This document shows, one piece after another, positions 1 through 10,444 of a stretch of DNA of 64,000 nt; position 1 is the stretch's first letter, and every line of letters begins with the position of its first letter. The translations under genes and the position numbers were made by a program. Under the pieces are notes generated by a model. That model ran no database searches, was not told the origin of the DNA, and was given only the letters and a program-made list of their open reading frames with translations. Source of the stretch: a candidate division TM6 bacterium GW2011_GWF2_28_16 (lineage in GTDB: Bacteria > Patescibacteriota > Microgenomatia > UBA1400 > PJMF01); assembly GCA_001029715.1 (NCBI GenBank), contig CP011212.1, forward strand, positions 705,066 through 769,065, given 5' to 3'.

Positions 1-1910
1 AAATAATACGACGCCAAATTGGGGAAGCTCCAGTGATTCCAGAAGCAACATAACTCATAGCTGTATTGTCGTTGTTACCTACCCAAGTACCAACAATCAC
101 ATCCTGGCTCCAACCGATGGTCCAGTTATCTTTCATACTATTAGTAGTACCAGTCTTAACAGCGATTGGCTTACCAGTGTTGAGTAGAGAATTGGCACCG
201 AAGGCCAAAAGACGGGCGTTATTGTCAGATAAAATATTGTTAATAATGAATGTTTCACCCTCATCGATGATTCTTTGTCCTTCAACTGGATAATGCTCGT
301 AAAGTAAATTACCATCTTGATCTTCGACCTTAAGGATAGAAACTGGCTCAATTTTTAAACCACCATTGGCAAAGGCACTATAAGCAGTCACTAAATCTAT
401 CATTTTTACCTCAGCACCACCAAGAGTGACAGCAAAACCAAAGCGACTGAGGTTTTCTTTAGTTGGCTCAAGAGTTTGTAAACCCATGCTATAAGCTAAA
501 TTCAAGAAATTCTCTAAACCGACAATAGCTAAAGATTTAACTGCAGGAATATTTAAAGAACTGCCTAAAGACTCTCGCAAGCTCACTGGACCTCTAAATT
601 TACCGTCATAATTTTTTGGCACATAAGGCTTTTCAACTTCATTGCGATTAAAAGTCGTTTCCACATCCATTAGCATTGAGGCTGGGTTATAACCTTTTTG
701 AATCATTCCTAAATAAGTGATTGGTTTGATTGAAGACCCTGGTTGACGGAGACCGTCTACCACCACATTAAATTGACCACCAATGTCAGTGTTGAAATAA
801 TCTTTGCTACCAACCATGGAGAGAACTTCTCCAGTTTTAGGATTCATCGCTAAAGCAGCTCCATTACTGATGTTGTATTTATTAACAGATTCAACTTCTT
901 CTGTAACAGCCATTTGTGCCTTTTCTTGCATTGACCAATCCAAAGAAGTGGTGACTTTAAGACCGCCTTTTTCAAGCACTTCTGCGCCAAACATTTCTTC
1001 AAGTTGTGAGCGCACATAAAAAACAAAATGCGGTGCTTTAATTTCGCTCGCAGCTCTTTCAAATTTGAGTGAATCCATTGAAGCAAGCGCGTCCTGATAA
1101 GCAAGCTCTGTAATATAACCATTATCTTTCATGGCAGCTAGAACCGCTTGCGTACGCATTTTCCAATAAGGATTACCGTCGTCGTCCAAAACCCCAGAAT
1201 AAGGAGAATAAACGCTTGGTCGCTGTGGCAAGCCAGCTAGGAAAGCAGATTCTAATAAACCAAGCTCATTAATTGGCTTATTAAAATACATTTCTACGGC
1301 TGTTCCCACACCCCAACCATTTCCACCATATGGCGATTCGTTGAGATACATTGCCAAAATCTCATCTTTAGAAAATTTTCTTTCGATCTGCACTGAAATA
1401 ACAAATTCTTTGAATTTACGAGTAATGGTTTTTTCATTGCTTAAGAAAACATTTTTAACTAACTGTTGAGTAAGAGTAGAACCACCCACCACGCGTCCAC
1501 CTCTAAAAATTAAATTGTATGGAATGCGCACAATAGTTAGAAAATCAAAGCCACCATGTTTATAAAAATCTTTATCCTCAATGGCGACAGTAGCATGCTT
1601 AAGATCGTCTGGAATTTGATCAAAAGTAACTGGGTTGCGACGTTCTTCTTCATAAAGATCATAAAGTAGCTGACCATTGCGATCATAAATCTTGCTACTA
1701 AACCCATCTTTTCTGACCACTTCACCTGGTTTTGGTAATTCACGAGAATACCAAGCAAACATCGCTAAGAAAGCAATAATTCCAAGAATTACTAATCCAA
1801 AAAATCCAAAAGCAAGTAGGCGCAAACGCTTGGCTCTGAGTAATTTCATTTCTTCAGCGGATAACTGACGGCGACTTTTCAGACGACGAGATCTTAATTT
1901 CTTTGGCATA
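1..1910 (-). CDS. Class A penicillin-binding protein (transglycosylase + transpeptidase). The C-terminus runs off the window start.
   Basis: Minus-strand translation from the ATG at 1910 gives MPKKLRSRRLKSRRQ, then a TM segment. It carries the GT51 motif GGSTLTQQLVKN, the transpeptidase SxxK motif (SSIKP) and KTGTT. It is absent from the ORF track only because it is open at position 1. Confidence 0.85.
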
Positions 1911-2061
1911 ATTCTATAGATAAGACTATAAGCTTTTCTCTTCAATTGCAAAAAAAATAATTCGATTTTTCTTTTGTTCACAGATCCATTTTAGCAAACA
2001 ATTAGACTTATAGCGAAATAAATTAAAAGAATGCTAAAATAAGATATAAATCAATAAAATT

Positions 2062-3279
2062 ATGCCAGACACAAATCCACAAAAAATCCAAACTGTCTTG
2101 ACTCGCGGAGTCAGTGAAATTCTACCTAATAAAGACGGTCTTAGTAAAATTATGACTGAGAAGAAAATCCGCTTGTATTTGGGAATTGATCCGACCGGAG
2201 CTTTTTTACATTTGGGTCACGCCGTGGGTTTACGCAAATTGCAACAATTTGCAGAACTTGGGCATCAAGTAATTTTATTAGTGGGCAATGGCACCGTTAA
2301 AATTGGCGATCCGACTGGTCGAGATGAAAGTCGCCCAATGTTAGATGACGCTACTATTGAGGAAAATTTCCAAGAATGGAAAAAACAAGCTAGCAAAATT
2401 TTAGATTTTGATCTCATTGAAATCCGCCACAACGGCGACTGGTTAGATAAACTTAATTATGCTGACATGGTCAAATTAATGGCCAAAACCACCGTCCAAC
2501 AACTCATTGAAAGAGACATGTTCCAAAAAAGACTCAATGATGGTTTTCCAATTTTTGGTCATGAAATTATCTATCCACTTTTGCAAGGTTATGATTCTGT
2601 GGTGATGGATGTTGATTTAGAAATTGGTGGCACTGATCAAACTTTTAACATGATGATGGGTAGACACCTGCAACAACAATATAATGGCCATGAGAAATGG
2701 GTTCTGACCACTCCTTTGATCGAGGGCACCGATGGTCGTAAAATGAGCAAAAGTTTCAATAACTACGTTGCTTTAACCGATGAGCCAAGAGAAATGTACG
2801 GCAAACTGATGAGCATTAAAGATGAATTGATTATTAAATATTTTGAAGTTTTGACAGATGTAGACTCAGTGAAAATTTCTGAGATGGCAACTGCCATGCA
2901 AAATGGTAGCAATCCAATGGAATTCAAGAAAAAATTAGCTCTCATTATTACTAAAGATCTTCATGATGAAGTCGTTGCCAATGACGCAGCAAATTTTTTC
3001 GCCAAAACAGTCCAAAACGATGAAATGCCGGAAGAAAGTAATTTTGGCAGTATTACTATTAAAAATATTAAAAAAGCCAATGGCGAAAATGCCAAAAGCA
3101 TTGAAGCTAAACCAGAATTAAGTTCGACCGAATTGGGTCGCCGCATTGAACAAGGTGCCGTCAAAATTTTACCCAGCATGCAAAAAATTGAAAGTAGAGA
3201 AGAGTTTCTTAATTTACCAAAAGGCACTAAATTGAAATTAGGTAAACGCGATTGGTATAAGATAGAAACTACAGACTAA
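2062..3279 (+). CDS. tyrS: Tyrosyl-tRNA synthetase
   Basis: HIGH-type motif (GIDPTGAFLHLGH), LVGNGTVKIGDPTG and KMSKS. 405 aa with a C-terminal S4-like tail. Confidence 0.9.
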   Translation: MPDTNPQKIQTVLTRGVSEILPNKDGLSKIMTEKKIRLYLGIDPTGAFLHLGHAVGLRKLQQFAELGHQVILLVGNGTVKIGDPTGRDESRPMLDDATIEENFQEWKKQASKILDFDLIEIRHNGDWLDKLNYADMVKLMAKTTVQQLIERDMFQKRLNDGFPIFGHEIIYPLLQGYDSVVMDVDLEIGGTDQTFNMMMGRHLQQQYNGHEKWVLTTPLIEGTDGRKMSKSFNNYVALTDEPREMYGKLMSIKDELIIKYFEVLTDVDSVKISEMATAMQNGSNPMEFKKKLALIITKDLHDEVVANDAANFFAKTVQNDEMPEESNFGSITIKNIKKANGENAKSIEAKPELSSTELGRRIEQGAVKILPSMQKIESREEFLNLPKGTKLKLGKRDWYKIETTD

Positions 3280-3396
3280 AATATGACTAGAAAACAAAGA
3301 GATAGATTTGTAAAATTTTTTGCCATTTTAGCAATTGTGGCAATGCTTCTCGGTGGTATCGCTAGCTCTTTAGTTTTGTTTTTATCTTAAATAAGT

Positions 3397-5466
3397 ATGT
3401 ACCAACTCCAAGACTCAGTTCTAGTTGTCAAAGGCATTGGCAAAAATTTACAAGACAGCTTGGCTTCACAAAATATTGAACAAATTTTAGATTTATTGCT
3501 TTACCTACCGCTTCGTTACGAAGATCGCTCCTCAATTAAAACTATCCAAGAAATCAAGGGTCTCAGCCAAGAAGAAACTAAAATTGTCAAAAGTGATGAA
3601 AACCAAAAAGTTAACACTAACTTTGTGACCACTAAAGCCAAAGTTCTTAAATGGAATGAATATCGCAAGGGCAGGCTCTTGATTAGTCGTGCCACGATCA
3701 TCGATGAAACCGATCAATTAAACTGTATTTGGTTTAATAATAAATTTCTTAAAAATAAACTCATCGTTGGTCAAGAATTTTTTTTCTCTGGCAATCTCAA
3801 AGATGGCTCTTTAATGCAGGCTACTGTAGAAAAAGTTGCTGATGATGCAGAAAATATCCACACCGGTCGCTTAGTGCCAATTTATTCGCAACTAGCTGGT
3901 CTCAAACAGGGCAGCTTGAGACGTGTTTTGGCAGAAGCAATTGGTAAATTACATCAGAGTGGCGATTTGGAACAAGTTTTTCGAGACCTACATTTTCCAT
4001 CAGATATAGATCGAATTATTTTAGCCAGAGAAAGACTAGCTCTCGAGGAAATCCTGTATCTGATGCAGATTTCTGCTGAACACAAAAGAGAACATCAAAA
4101 AAAGAACGCCATTTTTTCTTTAGCAGAAACTCAAGAAACTCAAAATTTAGAACTACCTTTTGAACTAACCACCTCACAAGAAAAAGCCATTAAAGAAATT
4201 TTCGCTGATTTACACAAGTCAGCTCCCATGAATCGCCTACTCGTCGGTGACGTTGGTAGTGGTAAAACTATCGTCGCCGCCATTCCCGCCAACGCCCTAG
4301 TCAAAAATGGCCAAAATGTCTGTCTCATTGTGCCTACCAAAATTCTGGCTAAACAACACTACAACAATCTAAAAGCTATTTTTAAAGATATTAATTTTGC
4401 TTTGCTTAGTTCTGACAGTAAACTTGATCAAGCTGCAACAGAGCAGAGCACTTTTTATATTGGCACCCATTCATTGCTTAAACAATTAGAAAAAATTAAA
4501 CCAAGTCTGGTTATTTATGACGAACAACAACGTTTTGGCGTCAAACATCGCCAATTAGAAGAATATTTAGATCAACAAAAAAAACAGCCACACTTACTTA
4601 GCATGACCGCTACACCAATTCCTAGAAGTTTGATGTTGAGTATTTTCAGCCATCTGGATTTGAGCTATTTAGATCAAATGCCTAACTCCAGAAAAATGGC
4701 AACGACTTGGCTTATTCCAAAAGCCAAAGAGCTAAAAGCTCTCGAATGGCTAGTCAAAGAACTGCTTGTCGAAGGTGATCGCAAGAAGCAGGCTATTATT
4801 ATTTGCCCATTTATCAATCCATCTTCTTATGGGGCTACTGAAAATGTCGCCGCCGTCAAAGAAAGTCTAGAATTCATCAAAAAAGAACTAAAAAAAATCT
4901 ACCAAAAATTAGATATTGATGACAAAAAACAGCTCAAAATCGCAGCCTTACACTCCAAACTTGATAAAAAAAAGCAGATTAAAATTATTGAAGATGTTTA
5001 CGCAGAAAAAATTCAAATTTTAGTCAGCACACCAATGGTCGAAGTCGGCGTTGATTTACCCAATGCAGACATTATTATCATCCAATCCGCAGAACGCTTT
5101 GGGCTTTCTAGTTTGCATCAACTTCGCGGTAGAGTTGGCAGACAGGGACAAGAAAGCTACTGTCTTTTATTTAGTTCTGCTAATACTAAGCAAGATCAAA
5201 CTAGCCAAGAGCGTTTACAAAAATTTTGTAAGGAAAAAGATGGTTTGAAATTAGCACAGATTGATTTAGAAAATAGGGGAGCGGGCGATATTCTTGGCTA
5301 CAAACAGAGTGGTTTGAACAATTTACATTTCGCTTCTTGGACTAATAGCGAAATTATCAAAAAAGCCCAAGAAAAATTCAAAGAAAATCCAAACCAAGAA
5401 TCTTTTTTGAAAGCCTATCTGGAAAAGATTAACACAAGCGGAAATATTGAAACTGCTACCAACTAA
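3397..5466 (+). CDS. recG: ATP-dependent DNA helicase RecG
   Basis: Walker A GDVGSGKT, DEQQRFGV (DExH), MTATPIPR and QLRGRVGR motifs. 689 aa. Confidence 0.9.
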   Translation: MYQLQDSVLVVKGIGKNLQDSLASQNIEQILDLLLYLPLRYEDRSSIKTIQEIKGLSQEETKIVKSDENQKVNTNFVTTKAKVLKWNEYRKGRLLISRATIIDETDQLNCIWFNNKFLKNKLIVGQEFFFSGNLKDGSLMQATVEKVADDAENIHTGRLVPIYSQLAGLKQGSLRRVLAEAIGKLHQSGDLEQVFRDLHFPSDIDRIILARERLALEEILYLMQISAEHKREHQKKNAIFSLAETQETQNLELPFELTTSQEKAIKEIFADLHKSAPMNRLLVGDVGSGKTIVAAIPANALVKNGQNVCLIVPTKILAKQHYNNLKAIFKDINFALLSSDSKLDQAATEQSTFYIGTHSLLKQLEKIKPSLVIYDEQQRFGVKHRQLEEYLDQQKKQPHLLSMTATPIPRSLMLSIFSHLDLSYLDQMPNSRKMATTWLIPKAKELKALEWLVKELLVEGDRKKQAIIICPFINPSSYGATENVAAVKESLEFIKKELKKIYQKLDIDDKKQLKIAALHSKLDKKKQIKIIEDVYAEKIQILVSTPMVEVGVDLPNADIIIIQSAERFGLSSLHQLRGRVGRQGQESYCLLFSSANTKQDQTSQERLQKFCKEKDGLKLAQIDLENRGAGDILGYKQSGLNNLHFASWTNSEIIKKAQEKFKENPNQESFLKAYLEKINTSGNIETATN

Positions 5467-5507
5467 AACTTGCTTGCAACTCATAAACTCTGCTATCATT
5501 AATAAGC

Positions 5508-6311
5508 ATGCAAAAAACTCTTTTTTCCAACCGGAATTCCGGACAATCTGGTCAAATTGGCGTAATTGTTTTATTACTCTCTGCCGTAGTTCTAGTCATT
5601 GGTCTCTCTATTGCCAATCGCACTATTAAAGAAAGTCAAAGCACTATCGCTCAAGAAAATAGCGCTAGAGTTTTTAGTACCGCTGAGTCAGGTGTTCAGC
5701 AGGCTTTAAACAACATTTTTCAATTTGAAAGTGATCAAAATGCAACTCTGACAGATGAATTTTCTTTTGAAGATGCTAATCTAAACCAAATTAGTATTAG
5801 CACAGATGAGAAGTTCGAGGGTTTCATCGCAGAGAAAAACACTTTAGAAATTAAGATTATCGAAGGACAAACTGGCACCATTAATCTTGATTGGTCAAAA
5901 AGTACTTGTGATCAGGGGGCTGCTAATTTATTGATTGGACATTATTTCCTCAATGCTGGCAGTTATGATGTCAACTACTACATGATTGGTAACTGTCCAA
6001 GCTACATCGACCAGAACCTAATTGGTGCAAATTCATCTTCCCTCGATCTTTATCAATTTCAATATAATTTAGATATCACGGCAAGTAATAATCAATCAGC
6101 TTTCCTTAGAATCTTTCCATTAGCCAGAGGCACTGATATTAGTGTCGGCTCCACTACTGGCTTAATTTCCAATGCTCAGTACACCATTCTCTCTCTAGCT
6201 CAAATGCCAGATGGTTCAAGTGCTAAAGCAATTGAGGTTAAAAGATCTGTTCCAAGTGCTCCTGCTTTTATGGATTTTGCCATTGTTAGCGGAGGAAACT
6301 TAGAAAAATAA
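5508..6311 (+). CDS. Hypothetical membrane-anchored protein, first gene of the pilMNO operon
   Basis: N-terminal TM helix. It lies 41 bp after recG and 5 bp before pilM. No prepilin motif. Confidence 0.4.
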   Translation: MQKTLFSNRNSGQSGQIGVIVLLLSAVVLVIGLSIANRTIKESQSTIAQENSARVFSTAESGVQQALNNIFQFESDQNATLTDEFSFEDANLNQISISTDEKFEGFIAEKNTLEIKIIEGQTGTINLDWSKSTCDQGAANLLIGHYFLNAGSYDVNYYMIGNCPSYIDQNLIGANSSSLDLYQFQYNLDITASNNQSAFLRIFPLARGTDISVGSTTGLISNAQYTILSLAQMPDGSSAKAIEVKRSVPSAPAFMDFAIVSGGNLEK

Positions 6312-6316
6312 TTAAT

Positions 6317-7324
6317 ATGTCAATCACTGCCCTTGATATCGGGACTCATTCGATCAAAATCGTCATTGCTAAAGATAGTAAAAACCAAACTATCCAAAAA
6401 GCAATTGAAGTTCCAAACAAATTAGGCATGGTTTCACCAAAAAATGATCAAGAAATTTTACAGTTTTCAGAAATGGTAAATAATCTTTTTCATGATTACA
6501 AACTAGACCAAAATGATGTTCGCTTGAGTCTGCCGGAGTACTTAGTCAACACTAAAGTGATTGAAATTCCTTTTTTAAACGATGCAGAATTAGCTTCTGC
6601 TATTGGTTGGCAAGCAGAACAAGCCATTCCAATTCCTAAAAACGATCTAACTCTTCAATATCAGGTTCTACAAAAACCAGAAAAGAAAACAGCCAATGCT
6701 ACCATGAAGGTTTTGCTGGTTGGCTCTTATAAGTCTTTGGTTGAAAAAATTAACAATGTTTTCCTCAATATTGGCATTGAAGCAACACTGATGGAAACCC
6801 AAGTTTTTTCCGTGATTCGTTCTTTAGATATTGATGGAAATGATCCAGAAACAATTGTTTTACATATGGGTGCCAGTGGGAATGACATTGCTGTCATCAA
6901 TGGAGGCATGTTTGAGTTTGTTTTTAATTCCAAAACTGGTAGCACCCTTATTGACGCTGCCATCGCTCAAAGTTTTAATTTAGATAATAAACAAGCTCAG
7001 GAATATAAAATTAACTATGGCCTAGATCAAACTCAGATGGAAGGCAAACTTTTCCAAATTATCTCTCCAATCGTTGACAACTTAATTATTGATTTGCAAA
7101 AAACCATTCGTTTTTTCACTCAAAATCATCCTGAACAAAAAATTAAAAGAGTAGTTCTATTAGGTGGTCCAGCTCAGATGAAGGGCTTGGTTGAAAGAAT
7201 CAGTAAAGCGTTAAATTTGGAAGTCATGCAAGCCGCTCCTTTTGCCAAAGCTAAGGGGCAAATCCCAGAAACTAACCAGCTGAGCTTTAGTGTCTGTATG
7301 GGTCTAATTGCCAGAAAACTATAA
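6317..7324 (+). CDS. pilM: Type IV pilus assembly protein PilM (actin-like ATPase fold)
   Basis: N-terminal ALDIGTHSIKIV, typical of the PilM/FtsA actin fold. 335 aa fits PilM rather than FtsA. It is followed by pilN- and pilO-like genes. Confidence 0.7.
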   Translation: MSITALDIGTHSIKIVIAKDSKNQTIQKAIEVPNKLGMVSPKNDQEILQFSEMVNNLFHDYKLDQNDVRLSLPEYLVNTKVIEIPFLNDAELASAIGWQAEQAIPIPKNDLTLQYQVLQKPEKKTANATMKVLLVGSYKSLVEKINNVFLNIGIEATLMETQVFSVIRSLDIDGNDPETIVLHMGASGNDIAVINGGMFEFVFNSKTGSTLIDAAIAQSFNLDNKQAQEYKINYGLDQTQMEGKLFQIISPIVDNLIIDLQKTIRFFTQNHPEQKIKRVVLLGGPAQMKGLVERISKALNLEVMQAAPFAKAKGQIPETNQLSFSVCMGLIARKL

Positions 7325-7332
7325 AAGAGCTA

Positions 7333-7881
7333 ATGATCAATATCAATTTCTTAACCAATCGAGTTAATCAAAAAGGCAAACAAAAAGAAAAAGATGTGAA
7401 GATTTTTCGCATTAGTACTTATGTTTTAATTTCTTTGATTGTTTTGATGGTGGCTGTTTTTGCTTTTAAACTTTGGAATAATTTACAAATTAGCAACACT
7501 GATAAAAAAATCAAAGAATACAAAGCTAGTATTTTAGGTCAAGAAACAACTGAAATTGGTTACTTAATTTTTGTTAATAAAATTAAAGTTATTAGTGAAA
7601 TTTATAAAAAACGTAGTAATAAACAAGAAGCAATGAATTACTTTGCAGATGTTTTTGGTGATAAAGCAGAAATTGCCGGCATGAGCTATCAGGAAGATCA
7701 GGGCGGATTAATCTTACAAATAGACAGTAGCAATGTTTTTGATTTGCAAGACGTTAATAATACCTTAGATTCTCAAGCATTGCGCCAAGAATATGAAAAA
7801 CTAGAAAAAAGCGTTTTGACCCGCACCGATACTGGCAACTATAAACTAACTCTTAAATTGGAACTGAAAACGAATGATTGA
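7333..7881 (+). CDS. pilN: PilN-like type IV pilus inner-membrane protein
   Basis: Single N-terminal TM, size and position after pilM. Overlaps the next gene by 8 nt. Confidence 0.5.
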   Translation: MININFLTNRVNQKGKQKEKDVKIFRISTYVLISLIVLMVAVFAFKLWNNLQISNTDKKIKEYKASILGQETTEIGYLIFVNKIKVISEIYKKRSNKQEAMNYFADVFGDKAEIAGMSYQEDQGGLILQIDSSNVFDLQDVNNTLDSQALRQEYEKLEKSVLTRTDTGNYKLTLKLELKTND

Positions 7882-8713
7882 AAAAAAAGGCGAATTTAAC
7901 TACAAGCTTTTTTGGAATACTCGCAAAGAACTAGTTCTAGCAATTCTATTTTTTGTAATTAGTGCAATGATACTTTTTATTGGTATTATTAGTCAGATAG
8001 CTCCAATAAGAGCTGACCTTGACCAACTTAAGTCGCATCAAGCTGAGCTAGATAAATTTGCTGAAAAATCCGCTCAACTTCAACAATTAGCCGCCGATCC
8101 AAATTCTAATCAATTTTCAGCTATTGATGAAGTTCTGCCGTCTCACAAGCCACTCTTGGAAATCCTTAGTAACCTTAATGCTGTCGCCAATAATTCTGAA
8201 GTTATCATTAAAAATTTTAGCCTCAATCCTGGAGAAATTGCTACTGATACCACCAAAGTTAAAAAGAGTAGTTCTGATCAAAAATATGACTATCTAGACT
8301 TAGATTTTAGCGTCAGCGGAGCACTCTGGAAAATTCAAAACTTCATTAACTTAATTGAACAAGTAACCCCAATTAGCACTATCACTAATATTTCAATCAG
8401 TCGTAACATCGATGAAGATAAGAATGCTCAAGCTCAAGCAGATCTCGTTCTGCGCACTTTTTACTTTACTCAACCAATTAAAACCACAATTACCAGTCCG
8501 TTGCCAGTAATCGCTGCTTCTGAAAGAAAAATCATTAGTAGCATTAACGAGCTAAGTCCAAATAATTTAGAAAAACAGGAAAATGTCATCAGTGGAGATA
8601 GAGGTAACTTGTTTGGAATACAGAATAAAACCGTTGAAGAGCTAGAACAAGAATTGATACAAGCCACAGAATCAGCAAATACAGCAACTGAATCGGTACA
8701 AACTGAGCAATAG
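7874..8713 (+). CDS. pilO: PilO-like type IV pilus inner-membrane protein
   Basis: N-terminal TM followed by a coiled-coil region (QLKSHQAELDKFAEKSAQLQQL). Third gene of the pilMNO arrangement. Confidence 0.45.
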   Translation: MIEKKGEFNYKLFWNTRKELVLAILFFVISAMILFIGIISQIAPIRADLDQLKSHQAELDKFAEKSAQLQQLAADPNSNQFSAIDEVLPSHKPLLEILSNLNAVANNSEVIIKNFSLNPGEIATDTTKVKKSSSDQKYDYLDLDFSVSGALWKIQNFINLIEQVTPISTITNISISRNIDEDKNAQAQADLVLRTFYFTQPIKTTITSPLPVIAASERKIISSINELSPNNLEKQENVISGDRGNLFGIQNKTVEELEQELIQATESANTATESVQTEQ

Positions 8714-8717
8714 AAAA

Positions 8718-8951
8718 TTATTCTTCTTGTAAAACTACACGCACGCGCAAATGATCTTTGACGGCTCTAACTTGAGCTAATTTGCGAATGGCTTTAATGA
8801 CATTACCACCACGACCAATCACGCGACCAATATCATCAGGGTGTAATTTAAGTTTATAAACCATCAAACCCATTTCTTCAACTTCGGTGATTTCCAGATC
8901 TTCTGGATGGTCCACCATGCGTAATAAAATGAATTCGAGTAAACTTTTCAT
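8718..8951 (-). CDS. KH-domain RNA-binding protein (YlqC/UPF0109 family)
   Basis: GRVIGRGGNVIKAIR (GXXG KH motif). 77 aa, next to rpsP as in many bacteria. Confidence 0.75.
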   Translation of the reverse strand: MKSLLEFILLRMVDHPEDLEITEVEEMGLMVYKLKLHPDDIGRVIGRGGNVIKAIRKLAQVRAVKDHLRVRVVLQEE

Positions 8952-8959
8952 ATTTAATC

Positions 8960-9388
8960 TTAAGCTTCGGTAGCTTCTTCTACTTTTACTTCTTCAGTTT
9001 CAGCTGGAACTTCGACTTCAGCAACTGCTTCGGCGACTGGCTCGACTACTTCGACTGGTGCTTCTACTTTTGGAGCTTCGGCTTCTTTTTTAGCAGCTTC
9101 TGCTTTAGCCTTGGCCTTTTTGGAAGGACCGGTTTTCTTAACTGGGAAAGGATCTCCAGACTTAAAACGTTTAAAAAGTGAAGCGACAGTGTCAGTTGGC
9201 TGAGCGCCTTTTTTGACCCATTCTTCGAAGGCTTTAACATCAATTTCTAATTTCTTAGGAGCCACTGGACTATAATGACCAAGGAGAGCAGTATATTTAC
9301 CATCTCTTTTGTCACGAGCCTCATTAACCACTATACGATAGTGGGGTTGATGTTTTTTACCGAATCTAGCAAGTTTGATTTTTAACAT
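8960..9388 (-). CDS. rpsP: 30S ribosomal protein S16 with an Ala/Glu/Lys/Val-rich C-terminal extension
   Basis: MLKIKLARFGKKHQPHYRIVV matches the S16 N-terminus. About 60 aa of low-complexity tail. Confidence 0.9.
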   Translation of the reverse strand: MLKIKLARFGKKHQPHYRIVVNEARDKRDGKYTALLGHYSPVAPKKLEIDVKAFEEWVKKGAQPTDTVASLFKRFKSGDPFPVKKTGPSKKAKAKAEAAKKEAEAPKVEAPVEVVEPVAEAVAEVEVPAETEEVKVEEATEA

Positions 9389-9421
9389 AGAGATGAATTT
9401 TACCCTTAAATGCGAAATTTC

Positions 9422-10087
9422 TCAAGTGATCTTTTTAAGTGCGTCTGTGGCAGCAGCCTGCTGGGCAAGCTGTTTACTGTGCCCAATTCCTACTCCCCAA
9501 ATTTCGTCACCAACTAGAACTTCAATAGTGAATTCCTTATTATGATCAGGACCAATCGCTTTGACTACTCGATAAACTGGAGTACTGAGTGAACGAGCCT
9601 GAACTTCTTCCTGCAATAAGCTCTTTTGATCTTTATAACTTTTACTTTTTAAAATATCGCTAAATTTGGTAAAAAGATGCTCAGCTAGAAAAGCTTGCAC
9701 TGCAACGAAACCTTGGTCAAAATACATTGCTCCAATCACTGCCTCCATCAAATCAGCCAATAAACTTTCATTATCTCGGCCTCCACTTCTTTCTTCACCT
9801 TTACTTAAAAACATTTGTTTGTCTAATTCGAGCTCTTTAGCTAGGATCGCTAAAGTTTCTGTACGAACCAAAGCGCTACGATAAGCGGTTAATTTACCCT
9901 CATCTTCATCTGGTCTTTTGTCATAAAGATATAGCGTAGCTGCCAACTCCAAAACAGCATCGCCAAGAAATTCTAGGCGTTCGTTGGATTCTTCAGCAGT
10001 CGTGCCTGACTGTTTTTTTTCATTAAGAGAACTACGATGGGAGAGAGCAGTGATTAAAAGCTGGGGGTTTTTGAAATCTAAATTCAT
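9422..10087 (-). CDS. rnc: Ribonuclease III
   Basis: RNase III signature ERLEFLGDAVLEL. C-terminal dsRBD (LAQQAAATDALKK). Confidence 0.9.
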   Translation of the reverse strand: MNLDFKNPQLLITALSHRSSLNEKKQSGTTAEESNERLEFLGDAVLELAATLYLYDKRPDEDEGKLTAYRSALVRTETLAILAKELELDKQMFLSKGEERSGGRDNESLLADLMEAVIGAMYFDQGFVAVQAFLAEHLFTKFSDILKSKSYKDQKSLLQEEVQARSLSTPVYRVVKAIGPDHNKEFTIEVLVGDEIWGVGIGHSKQLAQQAAATDALKKIT

Positions 10088-10088
10088 C

Positions 10089-10367
10089 CTAACCTAACTC
10101 ATATTCATCATAAACCAATTTGGCTAGTTCAGCTATAGTGGCGTGAGCCTCCTCGGTCAATTCTTTGTAAACGGCTTTTTCACTTAATTCAATTTCAAAT
10201 TCTTTATTAATCTGGTCGACTAAACGAGCAATATCAACATCTAAATCTAAACCCAGATCTTCCTCAAGGTCAGCATCAGGAATTACTTCCTCGATGTCAT
10301 TACCAGTAAGATCAGTGATCAGTTGGCGTAATCTGTTAAAAATTTCTGGATCAATTTTGTTCATCAT
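10089..10367 (-). CDS. Acyl-carrier-protein-like protein lacking the phosphopantetheinylation serine
   Basis: Aligns to ACP (EEV...EDLG-x-D) but the DSL serine position reads LDLDVD. It lies immediately upstream of rnc, the acpP-rnc synteny seen in Firmicutes. Confidence 0.55.
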   Translation of the reverse strand: MMNKIDPEIFNRLRQLITDLTGNDIEEVIPDADLEEDLGLDLDVDIARLVDQINKEFEIELSEKAVYKELTEEAHATIAELAKLVYDEYELG

Positions 10368-10444
10368 CGTCGCGAACTAATTTTTACTCTCCAAGATTTC
10401 TTGAGCGAAATCATTCGCTCAGGCAATCTAATGCTTCGTAAAAA

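Noticed and set aside
2763-3227. Minus-strand ORFs inside tyrS (2763-2945, 2961-3227), and similar short antisense ORFs inside recG, pilB, gyrB, gyrA, glyA, dnaB
   Set aside because: They are antisense to strongly supported conserved genes. They have no motifs, and their AT-rich composition makes stop-free antisense frames common.
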